Shown piece by piece: positions 14,517-28,656 of a stretch of DNA of 64,000 bases. How positions within the stretch are numbered: the first letter of the stretch is position 1; each line of letters begins with the position of its first letter. Origin of the DNA: the human T2T-CHM13v2.0 reference genome, Homo sapiens; assembly GCF_009914755.1 (NCBI RefSeq), contig NC_060939.1; one strand, written 5' to 3'. The notes beneath the pieces were generated by a model. That model was not told the origin of the DNA and did no database searches. It saw only the letters and a list, made by a program, of their open reading frames with translations. Position numbers and translations under genes: made by a program.

Positions 14517-15188
14517 TAATCTAATTAAACTAAACAGCTTCTGCACAACAAAAGAAACTAGCATCAGAGTGAACAGGCAACCTACAGAATGGGAGAAAAT
14601 TTTTGCAATCTACCCATATGACAAAGGCCTAGTATCCAGAATCTATAAGGAACTTAAATTTACAAGAAACAACCCCATCAAAAAGTGGGCAAAGGAGATG
14701 AACAAACACTTCTCAAGACATTTATGCGGCCAACAAACATGAAAAAAAGTTCAACATCACTGATCATTAGAGAAATGCAAATCAAAACCACAATGAGATA
14801 CCATCTCCCACCAGTCAGAATGGCGATTAAAAAGTCAAGAAACAATAGATGCTGGTGAGGCTGCAGAGAAACAGGAATGCTTTTACACTGTTGGTGGGAA
14901 TGTAAATTAGTTCAACCATTGTGGAAGACAGTGTGGCGATTCCTCAAGGATCTAGAACCAGAAATGCCATTTGACCCAGCAATCCCATTACTGGTATATA
15001 CCCAAAGGATTATAAATCATTCTGCTATAGAGATGCATGCACACGTATGTTTATTGCAGCACTATTTACGATAGCAAAGACTTGGAACCAACCCAAATGC
15101 CCATTGATGATAGACTGGATAAAGAAAATGTGGTACATATATACCATGGAATACTATGCAACCATAAAAAAGGATGAGTTCATGTCCT
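14517..15188 (+). mobile_element. L1PA (PA7-like) fragment: ORF2 C-terminus to start of 3'UTR, truncated at both ends
   Basis: ORF-track peptides [31 protein letters not shown] and [36 protein letters not shown] are L1 ORF2p; frameshifted. Confidence 0.93.
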
Positions 15189-15558
15189 CCTAGTTTTTCC
15201 AAAACAAACTAATGAAATGTGAAAAGGGTGAATTCACAAGGGGCTATACATAGAAAGAAAGAGCCTGACTGACTTGGCTCCATCCTCTACTTCTACCTGG
15301 GGACATTTCCAATCATCAGAAAGAGGTTAATGCAATTGCAGCTCCAGAGTCTCATCAAACTATCTTGGATTCTGCCATGATGAAAGGGAAATGAGGAGAT
15401 TACCCAATAACACCATCATGAGGTTGTCCTTAGTAATACTTCAATTCTTACATGGTTAAGGGCCTACTCAAAGTTGTAAAAATCAGTTTAAGGTATAGTC
15501 CCCTGTTCTACCAAAGCAAGCAAATAAACTGGTTCCATAACGTTGAAAAGATGTAGGG

Positions 15559-15592
15559 GTGTGTGTGTGTGTATGTGTGTGTGTGTGTGTGT
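15559..15592. repeat. (GT)n microsatellite
   Basis: About 17 dinucleotide units with one AT interruption. Confidence 0.95.
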
Positions 15593-15737
15593 AAATATCT
15601 GCTGCTGCTCTAGGAAAGACCCTGTAAGAGTTAATGATACTTATCTGACAAATAATATCTTACCTCCAAACCCAACCACTACCATCTCTCTTCCACTAGC
15701 ATGTAGTTCTGAGACAGTGTTTAAAAACAGAAGACAA

Positions 15738-15817
15738 GGCTGGGCGTGGTGGCTCGTGCCTGTAATCCCAGCACTTTGGGAGGCTGGGGTGGGTGGATCA
15801 CTTGAGGTCAGGAGTTC
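15738..15817 (+). mobile_element. Alu 5' fragment (~80 nt), tailless
   Basis: GGCTGGGCGTGGTGGCTC...GAGGTCAGGAGTTC, then the Alu stops. Flanked by AAAAACAGAAGACAA (15723-15737) and AAAAACAGGAGACAA (15821-15835). Confidence 0.9.
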
Positions 15818-15859
15818 CAGAAAAACAGGAGACAAACTCTTTAAAAAACTAAGAGTTAA

Positions 15860-16177
<318 letters not shown>

Positions 16178-16611
16178 CTAAAATGCAAATACCCACGGAA
16201 GAGGTCAGATCCTGACAATGATCTCAAGATATAAATGACTGAGATTTGGTTCTATGTTTGTGATTAGGTTTAAAGGATGGTCTGTGTCGGGGTAATCTGA
16301 GAGAAGATCTTTACTCTCTCATTTTGGCATATTCATAAAAGTGTACATTGAAGCACCTGTGTAATGAAGAGCCCAAATGAAATAAAGAACAGGATTATGG
16401 CAATAAGAAAAAAAATATGAGGAACAGGTAAAACACCCTACATATTAGAGGCCTCTTCTTGACCATAATGTAAATTAGGGTTCATGTTACATACCTAATA
16501 ATAACATCACAAAAGTGTGACGCCTGAAACTGAAGTGATGATGGAAGCATGAGCAAAATAAGTGAAGTCAATCCAAGTCAAGGAGAAAGAACGGAGGGGT
16601 TCCAGCAGGTT

Positions 16612-16652
16612 CATGTGTGTGCACGTGTGTGTGCGCGCACACGTGTTGTGTG
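16612..16652. repeat. Alternating purine-pyrimidine (TG/CG/CA) tract
   Basis: CATGTGTGTGCACGTGTGTGTGCGCGCACACGTG. Confidence 0.85.
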
Positions 16653-17255
16653 TATTAGACTGTCTTGAGCTCTCAATGCCTTTAAACATTTCCTTGCATT
16701 TTCTCATTGACTGGGAGGCTTCCATTAGATAGAGCCATCTAGAGCGATGTTGAAGAAGGCAGCCATAGGAAAGAAACCAAGGTACTAGCTCATAGATCTT
16801 GCTTGATAAGGGACCTTCAGATTTCCTTTTAAGTTGTCCAGTTCAGCACCCAATGAAAGTAATGAGACTGTGAGTAAGACCATTTGGTTTCCAATTCTAG
16901 GTTCAGGTGGCTAAGGGACCCCAGTTGGTATAATGATGGAGAAGCAATGAATAGGAAGCAGAATCTTAGGGAAAAATGTGAAGTGCGAAGTACTATAGAA
17001 AATTGTTTTTCAAAAAAAATTTGTTTACTATTTTAAGAGGTATTCACTGGTTAAAACACCCAAATTTATAACAAATCTGCATACGCCTATGAACCTCATC
17101 TGCCTATTTTCTACCTGCTGCAGCAATGAACCTGTTTGATTAGTTTTAGGAGTAATAGTCTAAATATTTAACAATAACATAGGTACTAACTAGCAGAACA
17201 GGCAACCTGTATGGGTGTTATGGTGAGGACCAGCTGAATATCAGTCTTGGGTTAG

Positions 17256-17581
<326 letters not shown>

Positions 17582-17684
17582 AGTCTTAGGTTAGTTCTTA
17601 TTTGTTCTCACTGTTAGGTAGTATTCATTTTTTGCTTCATCTTTATCTGAATGATAAAATAATATACCTAATAATAACATAACT

Positions 17685-17838
17685 ACTCTTCTGACCCTTG
17701 CTTTTATCCACTTAAACATATACATTAGGGATCCTCCAGGTCAATACATACAGACTTTTTTTTAAAAAAAGATGCTTAGTATTCCAATGTATGGAAATAC
17801 CATAATTTCACAACTCCATTACTGGATAGTCATTAGAA
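17685..17838 (-). mobile_element. Old L1M (ME/MC-like) 3' fragment
   Basis: TTGCTTTTATCCACTTAAACATATA...TAGTATTCCAATGTATGGAAATACCATAATTT...GGATAGTCATTAG. Confidence 0.6.
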
Positions 17839-17928
17839 ACCGACTTCGGGGGAAAACATACGCTCTTTGCAGGAATTTCTGGGAAAAAAATCCCCTCTAG
17901 CCCTTTTAGATAAAAGCCTACCTAATAG

Positions 17929-18246
<318 letters not shown>

Positions 18247-18876
18247 AAATAGCTTTCTTCATCTTCCAAGGATTACTGTTCTGTTACTTAAGTGATCCGG
18301 AAGTCACAAGAGATTATCTTAATTCTTGGCCATTTAATGATCTTTGGAACCACGCCTGTCGGTATTTTCTTGAGTAGCAGTGGAGTATACAAGAACCCAT
18401 TTTGGCTCAGGCAGAGTTCATGTTCTCTAGCCATACTTCTTCTTTCCACAAGCTTTGTAAAGGACGTCAGAATTATTTCCCTCACAGGTTACATTGTTCA
18501 GATTACTGACCTTTCCTGATCTCTGTAACCTTAGTGGTTGAATATGGTGATTCAGATAGTTTTGTTTCTTTATTTCTGGGGGTTGAAGTGAAGAGATTAT
18601 GTAATAACCTGCTCTTATTTTGCAACTTAGAGATTTAAGTATGGCCTTTGTCAATCTAATCTGACCAAAGTATTTACTAAGAATAGATTACGTGCATATG
18701 CCCAACATAGAAAGATGATTCTATATCCAGGAGGTCTGACCACAGAAATGTATTATCGACCAAAAATGTACCTCTTCAGATTCTGGGATGATTCAGCAAT
18801 TCTGAAAGGATTTAAACAGAAAACCCAAGGAGGAGGAAAAAATAGCCTCTAGGTACATTACACAATTCAAGCTGTT

Positions 18877-19003
18877 TGTTCATAAATTCAACAAACACTT
18901 ATTAACACCTATCATGGGACAGGCTGAGCCTATATGATGTTGGGACAAGTGAGTGAACAGGACAAAACAGACACAGTCCCAGCTGTCATGGAATACCCAT
19001 CTA
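18877..19003 (-). mobile_element. L2 3' end
   Basis: ATTCAACAAACACTTATTAACACCTA...ACAGACACAGTCCCAGCTGTCATGGA. Confidence 0.7.
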
Positions 19004-19104
19004 TTTATATAATTCCTTTTGCATTCAATGTTGAAAATCAGAATTACTGCTTTTGTTTATTTTAAACCTGGTAAATTTATCTATTTTTTACTAGAAAATA
19101 GTTC

Positions 19105-19166
19105 TTTTTTTTAACTTTTATTTTAGGTTTGGGGGTACATGTGAAGGTTTGTTACATAGGTAAACT
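19105..19166 (-). mobile_element. Short L1P 3'-terminal tip
   Basis: TTTTTAACTTTTATTTTAGGTTTGGGGGTACATGTGAAGGTTTGTTACATAGGTAAACT. Confidence 0.8.
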
Positions 19167-19200
19167 AAAACAATTTTTGATATTAAGAATATCTCTAATC

Positions 19201-19383
19201 TAGCCAGGCGTGGTGGCAGGTGCCTGTAGTCCCAGCTACTTGGAGGCTGAGGCAGGAGAATGGCGTGAACCCGGGAGGCAGAGCTTGCAGTGAGCCAAGA
19301 TCGCGCCACTGCACTACAGCCTGGGTGACAGAGCAAGACTCTGTCTCAAAAAACAAGACAAAACAAAACAAAACAAAAAAAAC
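19201..19383 (+). mobile_element. AluY, 5'-truncated (right monomer only)
   Basis: GAATGGCGTGAACCCGGGAGGCAGAGCTTGC; (CAAAA)n tail; TSD TATCTCTAATCT on both sides. Confidence 0.92.
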
Positions 19384-20344
19384 AGTATCTCTAATCTCAG
19401 CTGGTCAAAGGAACTTAGAAAATAGTTTCATAGACTAGGGCTAGAATGGTTCATGCAGAATCATTCAGAATTTGGCTCCATTCATGGATGCCAAGCGAAA
19501 TTAACGGAGAATGAGATAAGGCCAAGTGTGGGAGAGTGCTGGGATTAGAGCTAGTTTAGGTTCCAGCCCTCCCTGCCAAAGCTATAAATACAAATGACCA
19601 ATTTAACAGCATGAAAAGACCACCTACAAGATCTATACCTGGGATCTAATCAGTTGCTCTGAGCCTTCTTTTAATTATAGGATCCCTGCCATGTTTATGG
19701 GAACTTTTAATGTGAGCATCACAGTTTTGAAGGCCATATCATTATGACCATGTTTGATCTGAGGGTGGGAAAGCAGGAGCTCACAAAATGCCTGCACAAG
19801 GTTATTCTGAACTGAGCTATAAACCAGCTTCAACAAGAGCCTAGTGTGGAAAAGAAAAAAGACACGTAAGAAAAAAGGCATGGATATCATGGAGTTTGCA
19901 ACCCCGCCAAGTGGTGCCATTAAAATTACATTCAATTCTTCTCAGAAAATGAAATTAAGAAAAAGTACCACAGTTTTGTCAAATAACACTATATAAGGAC
20001 ATTCTGAGAAGGGAAGAATGAAAAAGACATAAGGATAAACGCATCATCTCCATCTGAGTGTGGCAACAGGATATGATTTACAGAAGAAAAATTAAATCAT
20101 CATGATTGTTAGAGCTGAATTGCAGCTGATATAAAAATAATCCTGAGTCACAACGCACGTGACTTCTCAGGCATACAGAACACAATTGCTTAAAACTTTA
20201 TAAGTGATAAGACTCCTAATAGAGAATTAGCTTTCTTGCAAAACACTCTGTATAAGCTGTGCTGTAGAAGTACAGAAGTATCTTTTCTCAATTACATTTG
20301 TTATATGATATCCTGTGCTCAGATACTCTGATACTTCAGGTATC

Positions 20345-21335
20345 GCCTCATTCTACACTCTTTTCTTTGGGCTATCTCATTCATTCCTATGACTTGAACC
20401 TTTGTCTCATCTAGCTCTCTCCCATGAGCCCAGCATCTCTACCTGCGCGTCTCACATGTACAAAGTTAACCTGTCTAAAGTTGACCTCACTGTCTTCCAT
20501 CTCAAATCTAGTCTTATCAGTATCCAACCAGTTATCCAAGCAAGAAAAAGGAGTTACCCTATTCTCCTCTGTTTCATTTTGTACATCCAATTTATTAACC
20601 TGTCCTGTAATGCCTAAAACAGCCCTTTACTGTTTACAATTATGTCTTTTCCTTCTTATTTTTACTGCCATTGCTTTGTTTGTTTGTTTTTGAGACAGCG
20701 TCTTGCTCTGTTGCTAAGGCTGGAGTACGGAGAATGATAGTTCACTGTAGCCTTGAACTCTTGGGCTCAAGCAATCCTCCCACCTCAGCCTCCCAAGTAG
20801 CTGAGACTACAGGCGCCACCACTTTCAACTAATTTTTGGAGAGATGGGGTCTCACTTTGTTGCCCAGGCTGGTTTCAAACTCCTGGCCTCAAGTGATCCT
20901 CCTACCTCGGCTTTGCCATTGCTTTTGCTCAAGTTCTTAATTAGTCTGTTACTTGTCCAATATTTTTTTATATTACTGTTAGTTATAACTAACATATTTC
21001 TCAGCCACAACAAAAAGCAAAGAGATATACCCCCTGCAAAATAATTGCACAAACCAAAACAATGCAAACAAATCCAACATGATCATGTCACTCCTGTACA
21101 CATTATTTTTCAATATTATCTGCGGCCTGTCAGACAAAGTTCAGATTCTTTAGCAAGTCATATTGTGACTCTTATCACCGTTTTGGTCTTGTGTTCTTCT
21201 CATTTGCCTTGTGATCTAGCCACACCAAGTTGCTTGCCATTTCCCAAACACATCATGTCTTTCATCCTTCTGAGACTTGCAGTGTTTTCCTCTGCCTGGA
21301 ATGCCCTTTGTAGCCTGTCTGCTGAGAATTTCTAA
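20345..21335 (+). mobile_element. L2 relic interrupted by AluJ
   Basis: Pyrimidine-rich L2 body (CTCAAATCT..., CAAATCCAACATGATCATGTCACTCC, TCCTCTGCCTGGAATGCCCTT). Confidence 0.65.
20675..20913 (-). mobile_element. AluJ, 5'-truncated
   Basis: (TTTG)n tail, CACTGTAGCCTTGAACTCTTGGGCTCAAGCAATCCTCCC. TSD TGCCATTGCTTT. Confidence 0.9.
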
Positions 21336-21490
21336 TCCTCAATTTCCTCATCTGTATAGCAGGGCGGTAACAGTACTCACTTCAAAGGACTGTCATGGTG
21401 ACTAAGTAAAAAGGTGATTTGTTCCCCATGGTATTTAGCAGATAGAAGCACTCAGTAAATATTAACATTATCATTGCCATCATTATTATT
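21336..21490 (+). mobile_element. MIR
   Basis: CCTCAATTTCCTCATCTGTA...CACTCAGTAAATATTAACATTAT. Confidence 0.7.
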
Positions 21491-21621
21491 TTGTTTTTTC
21501 AACTCTAAACAAAAATATCTTCTTTGCTGAAAGTCTTACCTAAAAGTGTTGGGCATTCTTCCTCTCTGATTCTATATGCCTAATTATAGTACCACATTAC
21601 ACCAACTCCAAAATTGATAGA

Positions 21622-21761
21622 ATTTTCACGTTTTAGAGCCTCTGATATTGGGGTACATCTTAAGAGTCTACATGTTGTGGCTTATGGCAGTAATTTTTCT
21701 TTTTTTGTAGTACATGTAATAATGGTATTTCTTACAATAAATAGCGTATTAGATGAAATAC
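21622..21761 (+). mobile_element. MER104-like DNA transposon fragment (TcMar)
   Basis: TTTTCACGTTTTAGAGCCTCTGATATTGGGGTACATCTTA...AATAATGGTATTTCTTACAAT...GATGAAATAC follows the remembered MER104 consensus. Confidence 0.65.
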
Positions 21762-22250
21762 TATAAACTGTATGACAATTGTCATAGAAATTTGATTATC
21801 TATGGTGAATAGTGCCTATCTGTGGCAAATGGAAAATCCTACATTTTCTACGAATCAGTGAAATATCTACGCAATAAATGAAGTACTATTTGGAACTCTA
21901 CACAGTAGAGAGGAGATACTCCATTTGTATATACTGCAATTTGGCAAAAACCCAGCCCCTACATCATAGCATACTGCTGTGAACTATAATGTATTTCTTA
22001 ACCACAAACCCTAAACCATACATTTCAGAAATGTAGAGGTAACAGCCTGACCAAGTAGCATGCTGTCACCTCCTTTGGTTACGTAGCCCCACTTGAGAGC
22101 CAAACAAGGGCCAGGCCCAGAGTGGGCAGGGGGCTAGCTTGTGAAACTCTGCATTCCAGTAACTTAGGATTCAAGCTGAGAAGGCAGGGCGACAATGAGA
22201 AGAGAGTGTAGGAATGAGCTGAGGAAAGCCTACGGAACATGCCTCTAGAC

Positions 22251-22610
22251 TAGCACTTTCTGATAGAAATAGAATGTGAACCACTAATACAATTTAGATT
22301 TTCTAGTAGCCACACTCAAGTAGTAGAAGAAATATAATTTAGCTAATATATTTTGTCAGGTTATTAACATATTTATTAACTTACCTATAAATGAATATTA
22401 ATCGTTTTATTTATTTAACATATCTAAAATGTTATCACTTTACCATGCAATCAGTAAAAAAAATCAGCAATAAAATATTTGACATGTTTTTTCTGCTGAG
22501 TTTTCAAAACCCCGTGTTTTACCCTCATAAGACATCTCAGTTTGGATTAGCCACATTTCAGCTTCTCAAAAGCCACATGTGGCTAGTGCTTGCCACATCG
22601 AACAGCACAA
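22251..22610. mobile_element. MER33-like hAT-Charlie element
   Basis: TTTTCTAGTAGCCACA and TAGCCACATTTCA...AGCCACATGTGGCTAGTG...ACAGCACA. 8-bp TSD CTCTAGAC / TTCTAGAC. Confidence 0.85.
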
Positions 22611-22843
22611 TTCTAGACTGTTTTGACAAAATGAGTTAAGTAATGAAATAATTGTAACAAGCTATTTCAACAGTAGACTTTTCTACCATACGGTATTGGG
22701 AATGTTTAAGATTCCTACAATAGTATATATATTTTTAAATTCTTAACTTTTTTAATAGAATGGTAATGTTTCCTTCAAATTCAATCTGTGTCATATTTTG
22801 GCTGGTTTTGTCTTAAGCATGATTTGATGTTATTCCTAATGTT

Positions 22844-23248
<405 letters not shown>

Positions 23249-23404
23249 TCAATTATAGATCTTTTCCCATTAAGATATTCCTTGGGACAGAGTGTAGGAG
23301 TATACAATTAATCTTAGTACTCTTGGTCTCTAACATAGAGCCTAACCTATAGCAGGCTCAGAATAAATCTTTGAATACACATTAAAAGGTGAACTAAGCT
23401 AGAG

Positions 23405-23607
23405 AGTACTGGCTATCTGGGTTCCACACTGGAATTACGTGGAGAGTAAAAAAAAAAAAAAAAAAAAAAAAAGAAAAAAGAAAGAAAATCTGATGCCTGG
23501 CCCCACCCTGAGAGATGCTGATGATGGGTCTAGAGTTGGGCCCGGGTATCAAGATTTTAAAAAATCTCCTAAGTGATTCTAGTATGCAAGAGAGTTGAGA
23601 ACCACTG
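23405..23607. mobile_element. MER5 (hAT-Charlie) with expanded internal poly(A)
   Basis: CTGATGCCTGGCCCCACCC...AGTGATTCTAGTATGCAAGAGAGTTGAGAACCACTG terminus. Confidence 0.8.
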
Positions 23608-26600
23608 TTTTAGGACTTTCTTAGAACAGCTTCCTATGGCCATACCTTTACTTCCCTGTCATAAGATCCAGTTTCCCTCATATAAATTCCCTTTCTCTGA
23701 ATAGACCAGAATTGTCTTGGGAGCCCTAGTAGAGAAGAGGCTAACACATTAACCCAAATGGGGATTTGCAAATTGCTTTTCCAAGGTACCAAAGAAGATT
23801 CTCAAGGTTTTAAATCTATTCATATTTATGTCTTTTCAACAAAAAGAATAAAATTCACAATATAAGCTGGCTGCTTTGCAGACGCAGGATTCTAAGAGCA
23901 TTACAGCATGCAGGTAAATAGTACCCTGACATGCACATGGCAAAATTTTCTAGAAATAGAATAGCAATTAAAAATAAAGATGGAATCCAAGTACAAATGA
24001 GCCTCATTTCAAGTTAATTCTGCATATGTAAAAAGCAGATACTATTAACTGGGGTCAGCAAAGGGAAGTAGTTCATGGTTTTCTTCAGGCTACTTAGGTT
24101 ATATTTACACAGTATAATTATACAGCAATGCATTTTTTGATAAGTCACTTATAAAATCCATCTCCTATAGTCACATAGCACACAAGTATTGGTATCTTTG
24201 CTCTCAAGATGGTACTTTGTCTGACAGCATTTCTTCCATCATATATGAGGTTCTGTAATGGCTGAGAGAGAAATCTGACTTCTCCTACTTCAATACAGAC
24301 AACCTTTCATCATGGAGAAGGGAGCAATGGTCTCTGCACCAAGGGAACAGCAGCTGGAATGGAGTTCCTCTGACTCATAGACTGAGAATTTCCCTGCTGA
24401 TTCTCAAGCTGGTTTGGCCACACTTTATGCATTCACCCTGCTTAACAGTCTTTTGTTGATGGTGTGGTAACAAGTGGCCTTACTCAGTAATAGAAAAAGC
24501 ATGTTGAGATATCCCCCAAAGGCTCCTATGTGTGTTTCCTCTAGCTTTCCAGCAGGGAAAAAAGCTGCCTGCAACAACCCCACACTTATTTTTGTTTTAC
24601 ATCTTAAGTTAAATTTGAGAAATTAGAATAGGAATTATCTAAAAGACATGATACTTCCATGTTCACTAACCCTGATAAACAGAAGTTCCCTACTCATGCC
24701 AAAACTGTGAAGGAAGGAAATCTGTTAAGATTTCAAAGAAAGTGTGGAGTCTCATGCATACCAGCACATCACTTTCACTGACTAACCCCCAGAGGGCTGA
24801 TAGGTAGCAAGTGATTGATGGGTGACATTCACTTGGCCCTAATTTTCCTATCTGAAAAGGAATGGAAAATATAACACAAGTTTCCAAGTTGCTACACTCA
24901 TAAAACCAGGAGGGTGATCACCATCCACCTGTCCAGGTTGACCACAAATGTGAAATGCATGACCACATCTGCCTTACATGTATGTCATTTGTCAGTAAAC
25001 ACGGGCTAAGGAATTCCTTGAGCCCCATGAAGAGACAAAAAAGTTTGTCCTCAGAGAATTTACAAAAGCCAGAGTAACATTCAAGAATTTAAAATATTAA
25101 ACTGGATTTGAAAGGTGATATGAAAGCTACAGGACAACTTTATCTACCGTGAGTATGTAACCACCATGGAAAGATAGGCTAATGAAATCACCAGAGCTGC
25201 CTGTGGTCAGCCAGGATGCCAGGGGCCGTGGGCCTCAGAGAAAGATTCATGGAATGAAGGATGTTTCAGGGCCACGTGTATGTGCGGCTGACAAAGCTTC
25301 CTACCTTTTTGGAAGAACTCCTCTAGTTTGTCCTTGAAAGGCTGGAGATACTCCTTTGGGGACTCCTTGCACACCACCACCATCTGTTTCTCACTTGCTG
25401 TGAAGAGAAATTTAGAATTAGACTTAGGAACACAGATTTGCTGAGCTCCTGCTATGGGCCAGGTACTGTGCTATGCACTTGGCTATCAATTGTGCACACT
25501 CCTTGTCAACCACTGTTGGTCCAAATTCCAGGATTGGGGGGCAGGGGGAACAAAACCCAGAAATAATAAACAAACCAACAAAAATAATTAGTTCATTCTA
25601 CACCACTCTTGAGGAACAGGGCAATGTACAATCCTTCCATTTTTCTTCTAGAGATCCAGAAAAGTCTCTGACCTGGGATAGGTAAAGTATTCTGCTTGTG
25701 TTCTCCCAAAGATAAAGAGAGGCAAAAACTACTTGAGGATTAGTCTCACGAAATTAAGGGCCTCAGCCCTCCTCAGATTCACACTCCAAAAGTAGAGCTT
25801 GAAAAATATATTGCAGAAATTCTCAGGCACCCAAGTTGTCTAGAACTACCAACCTAGTGATTGGCCAGGGTGACACACGCATCCCAACATGAGAACTAAG
25901 ACCAGGTCGGGGAGGACCCTGTCAGTTCTTCATGCTTCCCGTTCACCTACCCTTCCTTTTAATCCTCTACTAACACAAGGGAAATAATTTTACATAATTT
26001 ACTTCAGATAGACTATCTAAAATTTGTAATAGAGTACTTTTTGATAATCAGGTCTGAGGTGACTTGACTTTTTAAAAATGACCTACCTTATTGGATAGTT
26101 ACGATTTGTCTACAGGGAAGCCACAGTAAATCATAGTTCACCATCACAAAAGGCAGTTAACCCAGCCAAGAGGCATCTCCCCAAGGTTCCTATGTGTTTA
26201 TGCCAGTTACAGCATGCACTGGGAAAAGAAAGGCTTCGTTTCTACAAAGCTAGAGCTGAGTCAAGATCACTTTCATCTGTTGACCATGGCTGGAAATTAG
26301 ATATGTTCTTGTCCAAAAGCCTATTAATAAAGCACTGGATTTCACCATAAAGATATCATGCCACCTGGGGTTCACAAAATAGAGAAACATATACTACAGA
26401 TCTTGGAGCAATTTATAAACACACAGGTAAGGTATTTTGGAAGAAGGAGGTTGGGAAGGAGATCTTTATTTACATTGGGAAATTCCTATCCAATAATTTG
26501 GCATATTTAAAACTAGCATCTCAGAACGTATACTGCAGGCAAAGCAATAAACATGTCAGTTCAGAAATAGAGAAAATGCAAAAGACACCACTTAAATGTT

Positions 26601-27249
26601 CTCTGAAATTAGTTATCTGACACTTTTCATTTGCAATATTGCCAACTAGATTGCAGAAATCCTAGACAACCCTGGGGACTACAAAACGGTGCTGAAAATG
26701 AAAGTACAATTTGAGGGAACCCTTTGTCATTTTCTGAGTCAAGGTCAGAATCACCTACATTTTCAGAGGTATCTAGGGATTTCTCATGATACAGGGATGC
26801 TAGGTCACAGGACAGGGGTACCGAAATTCAAGCTCTATCTATTGACATTGTTTCTTAAAGAGTTTTTATAGAGCTATCTAGAATATCTGCTATTAGCTAT
26901 TCTGACAACCATTCCAAGGCTATCTAGGAAATCCTGTCCATTGGGAGGCAAAGACTAATTTTTTAAATGACTTATCTTATTGAAAAAATACAAATCTTAC
27001 CTTGAAACAACTAGAACAAATTCTATAAATCCAGTCAAATAATCATTTAAAACATTCATTTTTTCCACATTTTTTTCCTTTCTTTGTAAGCCTTTTTGTC
27101 CTCTCTACAATAACTACTTTATAGCTTCTCTGCTATTATGAGATTACCCTTCACCTCTTTTGAAATAGATGGATCTGTGGCCAAATGGTAAGTATATCCT
27201 TCCCACTACCATTCTTTTCTCAAAATAGGACACTTTGCGCTAGAGTAGT

Positions 27250-27480
27250 GTCCAAGGAGCGAGAGAGTAGATAGAGCTGGGATATATTTTGCAGGTGTAA
27301 CAAATAGGTCTTGCTGATTCAGTCAAGGTAGGGTTGAAGCAGATGGAAGGGTAAAGGAGTGGGCAATGGGTTGCTGGAAGTGCCATTTGCTGAGATAGAG
27401 AATAGTGGGGAAGTATCTTGTTGGATTATGTTTTTTTAAGAGACAGAGGAGATCAAGAGTTAAATTTGATGCTTAAGTTT
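27250..27480 (-). mobile_element. L2 fragment
   Basis: GATATATTTTGCAGGTG..ATAGGTCTTGCTGAT, GTGCCATTTGCTGAGATAGAGAA, GATCAAGAGTT. Confidence 0.6.
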
Positions 27481-28044
27481 TCTCTAGTCTCTATAAATAG
27501 TAAGGCAATCTTGTCCCCTGAAAACAAAGGGGGAAAGGTACAAAAGAAGATAAAACTATTAATGGGTTCTCATCACAAATTCAACTAAATTCAAACTTCG
27601 GGGACTTGGATTATTTAAGGCCTTTTCCATTATGGCATATTTCAGCTCTATTTCCCACATGTATTTGACTAACCAAACCAAAGCTGTTCAATGTTTTCCA
27701 GTTACATTATTCGGCATTCCCAGTTCCATGTCTTCATTCATGTGGTTCTCTGCTCTGCTCTCATGCCATACATTCTTTCAACAATATCTGACAAAGTCCT
27801 GTTCATCCTAAAAAGCTTCTCTGAGATGCCAACATTGCCACAAAGCATTTTTCAATCCAATGTTTTTGCATCTTTCAAACATATCTATCACCGTCTGCAC
27901 AGTGTTTATGTTTTACCTTTAATATTTATGTAAAAGTCCATACATTAATCCCTGAGAAGTCATCATGCAGGATTCATTTACTTCTCCCCAAACTTCTCTA
28001 GAGAGCTCCATGTATCTGGCGAAAGCATCAGATTTCCTTATCTT

Positions 28045-28312
28045 GGCTGAATGTCGTGGTTCGCACCTGTAATCCCAGTGCTTTGAGAGGCCTTGGTGGG
28101 AGGATCACTTGAGGCCAGGAGTTCAAGACCAGTCTGGCAACACAGTGAGACCTTGTCTCTCAAAAAAAATTTTTTAAGTTATCCAGGCATGATGGTGCAT
28201 GCCTGTAGACCCAGCTACATGGGAGGCTGATCTGGGAGGGTTTTTTCTGCCCAGGAGTTCGAGGCTGCAGTGTCATACCATTGTACTCTGGCCTGGGTGA
28301 TAGAGTGAGACA
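28045..28312 (+). mobile_element. AluJ whose tail expanded into a purine-rich repeat
   Basis: GGAGGATCACTTGAGGCCAGGAGTTCAAGACC and GGAGTTCGAGGCTGCAGTG. Degenerate TSD AGATTTCCTTATCTT / AGGTTTCTTCATCTT beyond the purine tract. Confidence 0.9.
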
Positions 28313-28597
28313 GACAGACAAGAAAGGAAAGAAAGAATGAAAGAATGAAAGGAGGAAAGAAAGGCAAAGGCAAAGGCAAGGCAAGGCAGGAGGGAGGGAG
28401 GAAAGAAGGAAGAGAGAGACAAAGAGAGAAAGAAAAAGAGGAAGGAAGGAAGGAAAAGGAAAAAAGAAAAGGGAGGAAGGAAGGAAGGAAAGAAAGGAGA
28501 GAGGAAGAGGTAGGAAGGGAGGGAGGAAGGAAAGAAGGAAGGAAGGGGAAAGGAAAGAAAGAAAGGAAGAAAGGGAAAAGTAGATGAAGAAAAAAGG
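28313..28597. repeat. (GAAA/GGAA/GGGA)n polypurine low-complexity tract
   Basis: About 285 nt almost entirely A/G on the plus strand. Confidence 0.95.
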
Positions 28598-28656
28598 TTT
28601 CTTCATCTTAACTAGATTCTCACGTGTAGGAAAGTTTAAATAAAATTAGCAATGTT

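Noticed and set aside
27169-27187. Possible 19-nt microexon (AATAG|...ATG|GTAAGT)
   Set aside because: Not a multiple of three, moderate acceptor, and no other support.
28440-28490. EWS-FLI1-type GGAA microsatellite enhancer
   Set aside because: Only about 4 consecutive GGAA units per run, at the low end of what is reported to be active.
28160-28606. 148-aa hydrophobic and 80-aa K/E/R/G-rich ORFs
   Set aside because: Artefacts of the polypurine tract and adjacent Alu.
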